A stretch of DNA of 64,000 bases from Candidatus Dojkabacteria bacterium (GTDB lineage: Bacteria > Patescibacteriota > Dojkabacteria > B142 > WJKM01). The stretch spans positions 36,598-100,597 of the forward strand of contig WJKM01000016.1 in NCBI GenBank assembly GCA_014729085.1, written 5' to 3'. Positions 39,768-50,556 of this stretch are shown here, one piece after another; the stretch's first letter is position 1, and the number at the start of each line of letters is the position of its first letter. Below the pieces are notes generated by a model. That model did not search any database. It worked only from the letters and a program-made list of their open reading frames with translations, and was not told where the DNA came from. Both the position numbers and the translations under genes were made by a program.

Positions 39768-40964
39768 ATGGAAAATGAACATAAATTAAAAAGAAATATT
39801 AAATTATTCTATATATCCTCCTTTTTTAATAAGTTTATAATTTGGATTCCATTTTTAGTACTATTTGCTACTGAAGAAGTTGGGCTTAGTTATACTCAGT
39901 ACATGGCAACAGAGATAATTTTTAATATATGTGTGTTGTTTCTAGAAGTACCGACAGGTGTAGTATCCGATTTAATTTCAAGAAAATTATCTTGGATACT
40001 TGGAAATGCATTTTTATTTTTCGGCGCTTTCCTTATGATATTTTTTAATAGTTTTTGGATTCTGTTGATTTCGCAAATCTTATGGGCATTTTACAAATCT
40101 TTTCATTCGGGATCCAACCAGGCATTAGTCTATGATTCATTAAAAATAATGGGCGAAGAAAAGAAATATACCAAAATACTATCCAATAAGAATGCAATAG
40201 TTAGTCTCTCAATTCTAATTTCCTCGTTACTTGCTGGTTTTCTCGTAACTTTCATGAATATTAGGGAACTCTTTTTTATATATCCTGTATTTGTTTTCTT
40301 TTCATTTATATCGTCATTATTTTTACAAGAGCCGGTTAGAAAAACCGAAGAGCAAGAAAGAAAGTTTTTCCTACAAGTAAAAAATTCTTTACTCTTATTA
40401 AAGAATAAAACTGAACTTATTCCGTTAGTTTTCTTTATGGCATTAGTACCTGCATTCACTAAGTCTATATTCTGGCTAGCAACCCCATTACTTATTCGTC
40501 TAAATATTCCTGAAGCGTATTGGGGAAATGTTCATGCATTGAATAGGGCTGTTGGTATTATTATTTTAATGCAGGTTCCAATAGTTATTTCTAGATTTGG
40601 TTCTAAGAAAAGTTTATTAGTAAGTTTACTAATTATGTGTTTGGGAAGTTTGATGTTATATTTGCAAATTCCAGTTTGGGCTATTATGGGGTTTGTTATG
40701 ATTATTAATACTAGATTTGTTGTATCTATTTTTGCGGATAATGAGCTGAATCAATATCTGCCGTCGGGGAAAAGAGCAACAATACTTTCTTTGGTAAGTG
40801 TTATTTCAAATTTTGTATTTCCCATTGGAGCGTTGATATCTACTTACATTTTTGATAATAGTACATATGAATTATCTCTCACTTCAATAATTTTGATATT
40901 TATCTTACCAATTATAATTTTTGCAAGGTACGTGATAAAGATTACGCAAAATGAGAAGTTTTAA
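39768..40964 (+). CDS. MFS transporter
   Basis: About 12 TM; EVPTGVVSDLISRK, SGSNQALVYD, RATILS. Confidence 0.9.
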   Translation: MENEHKLKRNIKLFYISSFFNKFIIWIPFLVLFATEEVGLSYTQYMATEIIFNICVLFLEVPTGVVSDLISRKLSWILGNAFLFFGAFLMIFFNSFWILLISQILWAFYKSFHSGSNQALVYDSLKIMGEEKKYTKILSNKNAIVSLSILISSLLAGFLVTFMNIRELFFIYPVFVFFSFISSLFLQEPVRKTEEQERKFFLQVKNSLLLLKNKTELIPLVFFMALVPAFTKSIFWLATPLLIRLNIPEAYWGNVHALNRAVGIIILMQVPIVISRFGSKKSLLVSLLIMCLGSLMLYLQIPVWAIMGFVMIINTRFVVSIFADNELNQYLPSGKRATILSLVSVISNFVFPIGALISTYIFDNSTYELSLTSIILIFILPIIIFARYVIKITQNEKF

Positions 40965-41053
40965 TGCATAAATTAAGTATATCTTGTTGTAATCTTGCAA
41001 TAGACATATTATTATTATTTTAGTTCTATTTAAATTTTTATATTAAATATATT

Positions 41054-42070
41054 ATGGCAGTTAAATTTGCTATAAATGGTTTTGGTCGTATTGGACGTAT
41101 GGTCTTTAGACGATTATTTGAAAAAAACATGCTTGATGGACAAGTTGAGCTAGTAGCAATAAATGATTTGGTTCCTGCAAAGAATTTAGCATATTTACTA
41201 AAGTACGATAGTGTTCATGATGTATGGGAAAAAGATGTAAAAGCTCTTTCTGATGAGCTCATAAAGGTAGATGGAATGGAGCTTAAAACTCTATCCATGA
41301 AAGTTGGACCGGAAGATTTGCCTTGGGAAGAATTAGGTGTAGATGTGGTCTTAGAATCTACTGGGCTTTTTGCTAAAAAGAAAAAATACGAAGGGCATCT
41401 TAAAGCAGGAGCTGGAAAGGTCCTTATATCTGCTCCAAGCGATCCAGAGACAAAAACAATTGTTATGGGAGTTAATGATGACTCATATGAGGGAGATAAA
41501 GTTGTATCAAATGCAAGTTGTACGACAAACTGTCTTGCTCCATTAGTTCATGTGTTATTAAAAGAAGGTATTGGACTGGAAGAGGGGATTATGTCAACGA
41601 TACATAGTTATACTGTTTCTCAGGGGATTTTGGATGGTCCTTCTAAAAAGGATTTCAGACGAGGCAGAGCAGCTGCTGAAAATATAGTTCCTACAACAAC
41701 CGGAGCAGCAAAAGCAGTGGGGCTTGTTATTCCTGAAGTTCAGGGTAAACTTACTGGAATGGCTTATAGGGTACCGACTCCAGATGGGTCAATTGTAGAT
41801 CTAACAGTTAGAACTGAAAAGGAAACTTCATTAGATGAGATAAATGGATTGATGAAAAAAGCAAGTGAAACATATTTAAATGGATATCTGGAATATACAG
41901 AAGAACCACTTGTCTCAAGAGACATTGTGCATAATTCTCACTCATGTATCTATGATGCAAATGGCGGAATTGAATTAAACTCAAAATTTTTCAAATTACT
42001 TGGATGGTATGACAATGAATGGGGCTATTCCTGCAGAATTGTTGATTTATTGGAAAAGATGATTTCTTAA
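41054..42070 (+). CDS. gap: type I glyceraldehyde-3-phosphate dehydrogenase
   Basis: NGFGRIGR, SNASCTTNCLAP, WYDNEWGY. Confidence 0.98.
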   Translation: MAVKFAINGFGRIGRMVFRRLFEKNMLDGQVELVAINDLVPAKNLAYLLKYDSVHDVWEKDVKALSDELIKVDGMELKTLSMKVGPEDLPWEELGVDVVLESTGLFAKKKKYEGHLKAGAGKVLISAPSDPETKTIVMGVNDDSYEGDKVVSNASCTTNCLAPLVHVLLKEGIGLEEGIMSTIHSYTVSQGILDGPSKKDFRRGRAAAENIVPTTTGAAKAVGLVIPEVQGKLTGMAYRVPTPDGSIVDLTVRTEKETSLDEINGLMKKASETYLNGYLEYTEEPLVSRDIVHNSHSCIYDANGGIELNSKFFKLLGWYDNEWGYSCRIVDLLEKMIS

Positions 42071-42131
42071 TCGATGTAATAAATTTGTAATTTCTTCCTT
42101 AGATGAGGGGATAAAATCAATAATTATAAAT

Positions 42132-42160
42132 ATTCCCTTCCTAATATAGGAGGGGAATTT
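42132..42160 (+). terminator. hairpin between gap and pgk (terminator or stability element)
   Basis: ATTCCCTTCCT-AATAT-AGGAGGGGAAT followed by T residues. Confidence 0.45.
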
Positions 42161-42180
42161 AACATATTAACAAAGACAAA

Positions 42181-43404
42181 ATGTATAAACGTGAAAATCT
42201 GGATAATTTACTAAACAAAGCTAATTATCAAAACGCTGATTTATCAAATTCGAAAGTATTGGTTAGAGCTTGCCTTAATGTGAAAATAAAAGATGGAGTA
42301 ATTAAGGACAGGACAAGGCTTGATTCAGCTTTACCATTAATAAAAGAATTAGCAGAGAAATCCAAAAGAGTTGTAATAATGGCCCATCTTGGAAGACCCG
42401 AAGGGAGAGATTCCAAATTTAGTTTTGAGCTTGTTAGAAAAGCAATGGAGGATAATTTAGGTGAACAAGTAACAATGCTTGAGTATTTAGATGATGATAT
42501 AAATAAGTTAAGTGAAGACTACCAGAAAGATAGAAGAGTTTTTTTACTCGAAAACATTAGATTCTTTGAGGGAGAGCAATCCAAAGACGAAGAAGAAAGA
42601 AATGAGTTTTCCAGAAAACTTTCTGGTTTAGGAGAAGTTTTTATTAATGATGCTTTTCCAGATTACAGGCCTGCTCCATCCACTGTTGGTGTAGTTGAAT
42701 ACTTACCTTCTTATATTGGTCCTGCATTTATGAATGATGTTAAAGCTTTATCGAAGTTTGGTGATCCCGAACGGCCATATATCGCAGTGGTAGGTGGCTC
42801 AAAGCTTTCTGAAAAAGTTGATGTAATTGATTCTCTTGTTGAATACACAGATAAGGTTTTAGTTGGAGGGGCATTGGTTTATACATTATTAAAATCTATT
42901 GGTATTGAAGTTGGGAACTCATTAATAGAAGAAGATAAACTTCATATTGCAGAAGAGATTATGCGAGAGCATAAGGATAAAATTTTACTTCCAGTAGATC
43001 ACGTGGTAGTTGAAGAATTTGAAGAACCAGAAGATGAATCTGGATACAAAATCATTGATGATCAAGCTATTCCTGAAGATAAAACAGCCGTTGATATCGG
43101 ACCTCAGACACTTAAGATTTATAAGGAGAAAATTCGTCAAGCAAAATCAGTAATGTGGAATGGCCCTATGGGTGTTTTTGAATGGAAAATTGCAGGGAGG
43201 GGTACTCAAGAAATAGGTAGAACTATTGCAAAAAATAAAGAAGCTTTCACGCTTATTGGAGGGGGAGATTGTATTGCTTCAGTTCATAAATATGGTATTG
43301 AAGGATTTGATTATATTTCCAATGGAGGAGGAGCTATGCTTTCATTCTTTTCCTATGATGATTTTGAAATTTTAGACGTAATTCTGGATAAGTTTGAGAA
43401 GTAA
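42181..43404 (+). CDS. pgk: phosphoglycerate kinase
   Basis: AHLGRP, LLENIRF, GGSKLSEK, WNGPMGVFE, GGGD, SNGGGA. Confidence 0.95.
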   Translation: MYKRENLDNLLNKANYQNADLSNSKVLVRACLNVKIKDGVIKDRTRLDSALPLIKELAEKSKRVVIMAHLGRPEGRDSKFSFELVRKAMEDNLGEQVTMLEYLDDDINKLSEDYQKDRRVFLLENIRFFEGEQSKDEEERNEFSRKLSGLGEVFINDAFPDYRPAPSTVGVVEYLPSYIGPAFMNDVKALSKFGDPERPYIAVVGGSKLSEKVDVIDSLVEYTDKVLVGGALVYTLLKSIGIEVGNSLIEEDKLHIAEEIMREHKDKILLPVDHVVVEEFEEPEDESGYKIIDDQAIPEDKTAVDIGPQTLKIYKEKIRQAKSVMWNGPMGVFEWKIAGRGTQEIGRTIAKNKEAFTLIGGGDCIASVHKYGIEGFDYISNGGGAMLSFFSYDDFEILDVILDKFEK

Positions 43405-43443
43405 ACAATTTAAATATTGGGGGCTGAGGGGTTATTATAACCG

Positions 43444-44544
43444 TTAGTCCCCAAAACAAACTCCAATACTTCTTGCAACCCGGACAATTTCAGAGTCTGG
43501 ATCGACCATTTTTAAACCACTGACTGCTTCCCTTATATCCACCATTTTTATTTCACCTCCTCTAAGACAGACCATTTTTCCAAAGTTTTGATTATGAACA
43601 GCATTCATAGCCGCTACTCCATATCTGTAAGAAAGAATTCGATCTTCTGCGTTTGGCATTCCGCCTCTTTGTAAATGTCCTAATACTAAGGTTCTCATCT
43701 CAAATTCATTAGGTGCAATTTGTTTTATTCTTTCCATAACATAGTCAGCTATTCCACCTAAATGGACTTCCTGAGTTCCGCCTATATTATCAGTTGCAAG
43801 TTTTTCCATATCTTTTTCTTTTGCACCTTCTGCAACGGCAATAACAGTCGATCTTTCCCCAATTTCAACTCTGGATCTTAGGAAATTCACAATATTTTCA
43901 ACTTTGAAAGGAATTTCAGGAATAAGAATTACTTTTGAACCTCCACCTAATCCGCCATATAATGCAAGCCAACCGGTATATCTTCCCATAACTTCGATTA
44001 TGATAACTCTATCGTGGCTCATAGCAGTAGAATGGATTTTTCCATGGGCTTCGGTAACAATATCAACTGCAGTACTTAGTCCAAAAGTTCTGTCGGTCCC
44101 TCTAAGATCATTATCTATGCTTTTGGGAACAGCTACAATATTAATGCCCATTTCTTCCTGAAGTTGAAGAGCTCCAGCCTGAGTACCATCACCTCCTATT
44201 ACTATCAATGCCTCAATTCCTAGTCGATCAATATTGGATTTAGCTTCTTCAAGTATTTCGGTAGGGATTCTTCTTTCTTCACCAGCTCCCACTTTTGCAG
44301 CAAATCTTCCTTTATTCACTGTTTGCAGAATAGTTCCTCCCAGGTGGCTAATGCCTCTTACTGTATCTAAGTTCATAGGTATATATCTTGCTGGATTTAA
44401 CACACCTTCGAATCCGTATCTAAAACCAATAAATTCATAACCCAAAGAAACACCTGTTTTGACTACTGCACTGAGTACAGCATTCATTCCTGCACAGTCT
44501 CCTCCAGAATTAACTATTCCAATACGTTTGGCTTGTTTTTCCAT
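43444..44544 (-). CDS. pfkA: 6-phosphofructokinase (PfkA family, group III-like)
   Basis: SGGDCAGMN, IGGDGT, PKSIDND, EVMGR, LGHLQRGG. Confidence 0.93.
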   Translation of the reverse strand: MEKQAKRIGIVNSGGDCAGMNAVLSAVVKTGVSLGYEFIGFRYGFEGVLNPARYIPMNLDTVRGISHLGGTILQTVNKGRFAAKVGAGEERRIPTEILEEAKSNIDRLGIEALIVIGGDGTQAGALQLQEEMGINIVAVPKSIDNDLRGTDRTFGLSTAVDIVTEAHGKIHSTAMSHDRVIIIEVMGRYTGWLALYGGLGGGSKVILIPEIPFKVENIVNFLRSRVEIGERSTVIAVAEGAKEKDMEKLATDNIGGTQEVHLGGIADYVMERIKQIAPNEFEMRTLVLGHLQRGGMPNAEDRILSYRYGVAAMNAVHNQNFGKMVCLRGGEIKMVDIREAVSGLKMVDPDSEIVRVARSIGVCFGD

Positions 44545-44564
44545 ATTAAGTAAATTTTATTAAT

Positions 44565-45230
44565 TTATGTTAAATAGGGTGAAATAAATTCGTTTATTTT
44601 TTCTGTTCTATTTTCTGCTTTTGTAAATGCTGATGCAATTAAGAATCCTTTTGCTCCAAGTTCAAGACCTACTTTAATATCTTTGCCTGTGCTTACCCCT
44701 GCTCCGATTAAAGGTAAAGTCTTTCCGGAACAGATTTCAATAAATTCTTTTACTATCTCTGGTTTTTCATTAGAAACAGATCTCCCAGATCCTATGAGCT
44801 CTTTTGGTTCGTAAGCTATTGCATAAGGTTTTGCTTCAAGTAATTTTGAAGCTTCTTTTGTATCTTCGCAGCAGACAACTACTTTGATGCCATTTTCTTG
44901 GATAAATCGTATTTGATTTTTAAGTTCATTGGGTTTTACTCTATGTTCGCTATGATTCAACATTGTGATTTCAACACCTAAGTTTTTTATAGAAGGAACG
45001 GGCGACCATCCAGTTTTACTTCCATCTTCTATTGCGTCGGTATGCTGGCACATTATGTTCAATTCTGGAAAATCAAGGACTGCTCTATTCAAGTCAATCA
45101 TTGCAGGTGCAATGTAAACAATTTCATTAAAATCATCGGTGTTTTTTCTGTTATTGTCTAATTCTTTTAGTACGTCTAATACTTTTTGGCCTGTACACTG
45201 AGGATAAGTTTTAAAGTTTAGTATGATCAT
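44565..45230 (-). CDS. tpiA: triosephosphate isomerase, short archaeal type
   Basis: 221 aa; NFKTY, NHSEHR, YEPKELIGSG, GAGV. Confidence 0.9.
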   Translation of the reverse strand: MIILNFKTYPQCTGQKVLDVLKELDNNRKNTDDFNEIVYIAPAMIDLNRAVLDFPELNIMCQHTDAIEDGSKTGWSPVPSIKNLGVEITMLNHSEHRVKPNELKNQIRFIQENGIKVVVCCEDTKEASKLLEAKPYAIAYEPKELIGSGRSVSNEKPEIVKEFIEICSGKTLPLIGAGVSTGKDIKVGLELGAKGFLIASAFTKAENRTEKINEFISPYLT

Positions 45231-45378
45231 TTGATGCAGGATAAATTAACTAAAATAGTTTGTTCTCTATAATTTATAAGATTGGGCAATTTTTCTCAAG
45301 TAGGGATTATATACTTTTTTAAAATCTATTAATTATACAAATTTTATTAATTTAGTTAATATATTGCTATAAAGATTA

Positions 45379-46839
45379 TTGAGACCAAATAAAATGAGTA
45401 AAATTAACAAACTTTATACAGAAAAACATCTCCAAGCTTCTAATTTATTATTTCAAGATGCGCATATACATTTAGAGGGTGTTTTGTCTTCCGATATAAA
45501 TTTTATCGAAGTTTTTAAAGAAGCTGTCGAATATTCATATCAAAATGATAAGTTTAAAAATCAATTTGAGAAGATTACTAAAAATAAAATCACTGATGTG
45601 GTAGACCGGTATATAAAATCTATGAAAAAAAATGGTGAGAAAAAGACGCTTTCGTTTTTTAATTTCCTAAACAGATTATTTAGTTCTAAAATAATTTTAG
45701 CTAGTGATTACAATATAATACGACAGTACGTAAAGCTAGTATTAGGTGAATACTTTAAAGTGTTTTGGAAAATACGACTTGGTATTACTCCTTCAATTCC
45801 ATTAGAGTTTCCTCACTTGAAAGTTGAAAATTGGAATGCAGCTGTTTTTGAATCAGTTTTATCCTGCATCTATGAGGATGAAAAACGGTCGGCATGTTTA
45901 GTAATTGAGACAAAAAGACAACATTTATCTTCTAAAAAGAACAGTAAATATTATTTTGAGTATAATCTTAAATTGCTTAAAGATTACCATTCGTCCACAA
46001 ATCAAAGATTACGGTTTTCTTTGAGTATTTGTGATGATGCAAGTAAGTATCCTCTTTTTAATAAAAATTTTAGTCGTAATTTTGAAAAGTATATTTTAAA
46101 GGCAAAGCAATTTTCAAATACAAATATTTCGATTCATATGCTCGAATCTTTGCCAAAAATCAAATTTGTAGATAAAAACTTAAAAAAGAAGGTTTCAAAT
46201 AATAAAACCTATGAATTGGATTTTGTATTGGAAATATTAAATAAACATAAGATATTTGGAGTAAATTACATACATATGAGTCATTTATTCTCAGGAATAA
46301 ATCCAAATCCTAAGAAACGAAAAAAAAGCGACGAAGTGAAAATTCAGAAAGGGATTAACTATTTAGAAAAAATTAAACAAAGAGGAGATAGAATAATTGT
46401 ATGTTTATCAAGTAGTGCGTATTTGAATAATCCTTTCTTGCTTGATTATCCTGAGTTCATAAGGTTTATGATAGAGAACGATTTGTGTGTTACGCTAGGA
46501 ACAGATGATCCATATCCTTTTAAAGTGAGAGATATTGGAGAGGAACTTAATAAAGTAGAGAAAAGAATAAAAGAAGGATACCCAAATGGAATAAAGATAA
46601 AGGATGATAAATTTATAGATTCAGATCATTTATCTAAAATTGTAAAACTTCTACTTGGTAGAAATTCTTGGCGATTATGGGATGAAAGAGCCAGGAAATG
46701 GAAATTTCCGGACAAGGATTTTATTCAAAGATTAGAACTTGATTGCAATGTGTTCCAGAAAACACTTTGTTTTGATATTTGTCCTGAGAATGAAGATTTG
46801 ATAAATGGTCAGATAAAAGAAGTGTTTAGGCGTTCTTAG
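45379..46839 (+). CDS. adenosine-deaminase-like amidohydrolase, divergent
   Basis: DAHIHLEG, IHMLE, IHMSH, GTDDP in the expected order. Confidence 0.7.
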   Translation: MRPNKMSKINKLYTEKHLQASNLLFQDAHIHLEGVLSSDINFIEVFKEAVEYSYQNDKFKNQFEKITKNKITDVVDRYIKSMKKNGEKKTLSFFNFLNRLFSSKIILASDYNIIRQYVKLVLGEYFKVFWKIRLGITPSIPLEFPHLKVENWNAAVFESVLSCIYEDEKRSACLVIETKRQHLSSKKNSKYYFEYNLKLLKDYHSSTNQRLRFSLSICDDASKYPLFNKNFSRNFEKYILKAKQFSNTNISIHMLESLPKIKFVDKNLKKKVSNNKTYELDFVLEILNKHKIFGVNYIHMSHLFSGINPNPKKRKKSDEVKIQKGINYLEKIKQRGDRIIVCLSSSAYLNNPFLLDYPEFIRFMIENDLCVTLGTDDPYPFKVRDIGEELNKVEKRIKEGYPNGIKIKDDKFIDSDHLSKIVKLLLGRNSWRLWDERARKWKFPDKDFIQRLELDCNVFQKTLCFDICPENEDLINGQIKEVFRRS

Positions 46840-46955
46840 AAATAACTGTCTCTAATATTGTATTTCTCTCAGCCGTATAAGCCAGTAATTATCTTGAAAC
46901 ATTGAATATACAAGGCCCATATATTATAATTATATAGTATCTTTAAATATTCAAA

Positions 46956-48368
46956 ATGGAAAAAATAAATCCTCGTAGTACAATTGGTTTTTTAGCATTC
47001 CTAACATCTTTAGGTTGTGTTTCTAGTGGTTTGATTACAGATCAAAGTACACCTATACCCGTACATACTCCCACAGATGAACCAATTATTCCGAATCCTA
47101 CTATTAGAGTTACATCTACACCAAGGCCTACTTCTACACCTTGTGTAGACTGTAAGAACGAGTCTCAATATGACAGAGTTTTGAGTTTATATTCTGATCC
47201 AGATTCACTTCAGCAAATAGCTAATGATGAGATAGTAGTGAATTGGGTTGATTCTTCAGGTTCGTATCCAGATATTAGTGAATATGCTATGTTTGTTTTG
47301 TCTACCACAGATGAGATAGTTGATGAATTAGGTCATTTAGGTATTTCGATTGTACCAGATAATTATCCTGAAGGGGATTCGCGTTTGGATATATATTTAA
47401 ATGCTACACATGCATATGGATATACTGGTACGGATTTTGATGCAATAGAAACAGATGATGTTTCATGTAAATCAAGACCTGCCTGGGTTGCACTAGGCAG
47501 TAAACTCTATGAGGATTATTTGGCTAATGGATCTGAATTAACCGAATTGACTTTAAGACACGAAATATTAACTCATATCCTTGAATATTATTATTTAGGT
47601 ACTACTCCGTTTGAAGAAATAGAGACACTTGATTTCCCATTTCTCGAAAGCGAAGGTTTTGCATATGCGATTGAAGCTGACAATATTATTAGCCAGGGAA
47701 GTAATTTGTCAGATTACGATCAATTTTTTCGTGCTTCAGATAAAATATTTGATTATAACCAAGTCACAAGCCAAGATTCAGAAGCAAGTATGTTCGGCTT
47801 TATTCAATGGGCTTCGGAAATAGTAGGACAGTCTCCATTTGAATTACAGATTGAATTGCTTGAATTACTTTCAGATCAAATATGTCAAACTGATTTGGAG
47901 GGAATTGACTACTCAGAGCAGTGGGTTGAGGATTTAGGAGAGCAGATTTTTGTTCAATATTTGATAGATAATTCAGATATGAGCTTTATGTCAGAAGTTG
48001 ATTCGATGGGAGATTTATACTCTTTATGGCTGCTTGGGCCAGATACAAATAATGTAGATCAGAGATATCTTGGGATTGATTATTATGATCGGTTGGATCC
48101 AGAAATGTTAATCAATATATCGGAATCTGTGACAGAAATATATGCTGATGATTTCGAATACGCTTATGGATATTATACTTTTGGGCAAGTTGGAGAAGAT
48201 GGAACAGTAAGATTTGACTTTGATGAGGATGCCTTGTCTGTTTCCATGATAGACGACGGTGAATTTAGGTTTATTCATGATGACCAGGAAGTGTTGATTT
48301 CTGAGGGAGATAGCCTCTTTATCCTTAATGAAACTAGAGATTTTCAGAGTATTCAAATTACGGATTAG
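46956..48368 (+). CDS. acidic lipoprotein, possible metallopeptidase
   Basis: Lipobox-like LTSLGC, Pro/Thr-rich linker, RHEILTH...ESEG. Confidence 0.6.
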   Translation: MEKINPRSTIGFLAFLTSLGCVSSGLITDQSTPIPVHTPTDEPIIPNPTIRVTSTPRPTSTPCVDCKNESQYDRVLSLYSDPDSLQQIANDEIVVNWVDSSGSYPDISEYAMFVLSTTDEIVDELGHLGISIVPDNYPEGDSRLDIYLNATHAYGYTGTDFDAIETDDVSCKSRPAWVALGSKLYEDYLANGSELTELTLRHEILTHILEYYYLGTTPFEEIETLDFPFLESEGFAYAIEADNIISQGSNLSDYDQFFRASDKIFDYNQVTSQDSEASMFGFIQWASEIVGQSPFELQIELLELLSDQICQTDLEGIDYSEQWVEDLGEQIFVQYLIDNSDMSFMSEVDSMGDLYSLWLLGPDTNNVDQRYLGIDYYDRLDPEMLINISESVTEIYADDFEYAYGYYTFGQVGEDGTVRFDFDEDALSVSMIDDGEFRFIHDDQEVLISEGDSLFILNETRDFQSIQITD

Positions 48369-48370
48369 CT

Positions 48371-48757
48371 TTATAGCCAACCCTTAATTGTAGAACTTTC
48401 CTGAAATATTTTTTCTTTAGTTTCTAGGATAAATTCAAATTTATAAATATAGTAGGGAATAAAAAAGAACCTTTCTTTATTTATATTAACTTTAATTAGG
48501 CAGTTTTTAATATTGTTTTTGTCAACTTTCCTTGTTTCCATTTCTTTTCGTAACCAGTTATATAGATTATTGAATATTTTTTTTGTTTTTTGATCGAGTT
48601 CTATTTCCGGTTCTATGGTTTGTTCTAAAATGGATAATTCATATTTAATTTCTTTGTCAAGTTTAGAATATATTAAAGCTGTCGGATATCCAGTTGATTT
48701 AGAGACGAAATTATTGAAAATCCCTTTTAGTATTTGTTGCCTTTTCTTTGTTAACAT
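48371..48757 (-). CDS. hypothetical protein
   Basis: 128-aa ORF, 5 bp from the upstream gene. Confidence 0.55.
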   Translation of the reverse strand: MLTKKRQQILKGIFNNFVSKSTGYPTALIYSKLDKEIKYELSILEQTIEPEIELDQKTKKIFNNLYNWLRKEMETRKVDKNNIKNCLIKVNINKERFFFIPYYIYKFEFILETKEKIFQESSTIKGWL

Positions 48758-48762
48758 AATTT

Positions 48763-49386
48763 TTATTTAAAAAATATATCTTCTTGATAAGTTTGATCAC
48801 TGTTTATTAAAAAGTAAGCAATTTTAAAAACTAATTCGTCTTTAATATAAATATTCTCTATTTTACAGTTTCCTAACTTCTCTATAATATGGGTCTTAAA
48901 AGTAGCTGGAATTCTTGCAACAATATTTTTAGTAATACATTTACAGGTTAAATTAAACATTTTTCTAAGACTTGGTTTCGTTGAATCTATATCAGATACA
49001 TGGCTTGATCTGTCCATAACTCTAGTTGACCAACCCGGATCAAGTACAGCCACATCAGCTTTGATTGTTTTTAGGAGTTTAGGATTCAACACATCTCCTT
49101 TAATAAATTCAATATTATTAGCTTTATACAGTCTTGCATTCTTTCTTGCCATTTCTATTCTTTTCTTATTAATATCTATGCCAATGACCTTTTCAAACCT
49201 TTTAGCTAATTGAATACAGGTTGAACCAACACAGCTGCATAGCTCTACTGCGGTATTGAAGTCGCCCAAATCTAGGATTGTATTCGTCATATGTTCGGCT
49301 ACGTACTCAGGGTTGCTAATAAACGAAGAATATTTATCAGTAAAAACATTTTTTGAAAACCTTTTCCGTTTTTTCTTTTTTTGCAT
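48763..49386 (-). CDS. class I SAM methyltransferase, Tgs1-like (copy A)
   Basis: PEYVAEH, ELCSCVG, IDIN, ARKNA, GD, LDPGW. Confidence 0.8.
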   Translation of the reverse strand: MQKKKKRKRFSKNVFTDKYSSFISNPEYVAEHMTNTILDLGDFNTAVELCSCVGSTCIQLAKRFEKVIGIDINKKRIEMARKNARLYKANNIEFIKGDVLNPKLLKTIKADVAVLDPGWSTRVMDRSSHVSDIDSTKPSLRKMFNLTCKCITKNIVARIPATFKTHIIEKLGNCKIENIYIKDELVFKIAYFLINSDQTYQEDIFFK

Positions 49387-49414
49387 ATGTCACATAATTC
49401 AGGTAATTTTTTAT

Positions 49415-50506
49415 TTAGTCAATATGGATTGCCTTATTATATTCAAGACTTTTAATTATACCCAACCCAATTTTAAGGGAATTTTCAGCATCTGATAAAG
49501 TGAAAGTAGAATCTTTTTTTCCATTCAAACTTTGAATAAATTTTTCCAATCCTTTTACGAATGAATCTCTTATATCAAGATTTAGTTTGTCGTTTATATT
49601 CCATTTGCTGTTTCTTCCCATCCAATGTACCCCCTGCTTAATTTGCGAATCGTGTTCTTTGTTAAACAGGAGGCCATGTCCCCCAAATATTTTAATAATC
49701 CCTGAACGGCCAATTATTTCGATAATTTCATCACAGGGGTAGAAGTTGTTTTCGATTCTAATTTTTATATTAGCTGATTGAAACTTGCCAAGCTTATTAT
49801 TTTTGGTATAGTAATGAATATCGATAGGACTGTCTATTTTTATTCCGGGAATTACTGTATTGTATTTACACCAACCTCGGACTTTAGTTACAGTTTCTCC
49901 TAAAAAATATTCTATTAAACTGTGTTTATGGTATCCATCATCAAAAATAGTAGGATGTTTATGGTTATCTGATTTACTCAGTCTCCATTTATAGGATTGT
50001 AGTCTTCTAAATCCCTTTGCCAAAGAATTTTTTAGACCTCCGTATTTAGTGATATTAACAATTTGTACTTTTCCTATCGTATTATCTTTAATTAGTTGTT
50101 TTGAGAAAGTGTAGGGTTCATAATAACGAAAATTTTCAAAGATTCTAATAACTTGTTCATTTTCTCTAATTAGTTTTTTCATCTTATTGAATTCATCTAG
50201 GTTTACAGTCGGAACTTTTTGTAGATTTATATGTTTATTATGTCTAAGAGCTAAAGTCGTTAGTTCAAGATGTGAGCTGTGAGGGGTAAGGATTTCAACA
50301 AAATCTATAGATTTATTTTTGAGAAGCTTAATAGCATTTTTATATACATTCGGAATGTTATAGTTTTTAGCCAACCTTTTTGCGGCCTTTGGATTGACAT
50401 CACATACAGCATGTAAAGTAACATTCTCAATAAATTTATATGCCCGAGCATGATAATCAGCAATCAATCCGCAACCGATAATGGCACCCTTGTAGATTTT
50501 TTGCAT
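49415..50506 (-). CDS. Gfo/Idh/MocA-family oxidoreductase
   Basis: IIGCGLIA, ILTPHSSH, QKVP, DDGYH. Confidence 0.88.
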   Translation of the reverse strand: MQKIYKGAIIGCGLIADYHARAYKFIENVTLHAVCDVNPKAAKRLAKNYNIPNVYKNAIKLLKNKSIDFVEILTPHSSHLELTTLALRHNKHINLQKVPTVNLDEFNKMKKLIRENEQVIRIFENFRYYEPYTFSKQLIKDNTIGKVQIVNITKYGGLKNSLAKGFRRLQSYKWRLSKSDNHKHPTIFDDGYHKHSLIEYFLGETVTKVRGWCKYNTVIPGIKIDSPIDIHYYTKNNKLGKFQSANIKIRIENNFYPCDEIIEIIGRSGIIKIFGGHGLLFNKEHDSQIKQGVHWMGRNSKWNINDKLNLDIRDSFVKGLEKFIQSLNGKKDSTFTLSDAENSLKIGLGIIKSLEYNKAIHID

Positions 50507-50556
50507 ATCCCTTTGATCTTATATTTAGATATTTGAGGCTAGTGACAAATAAATAT

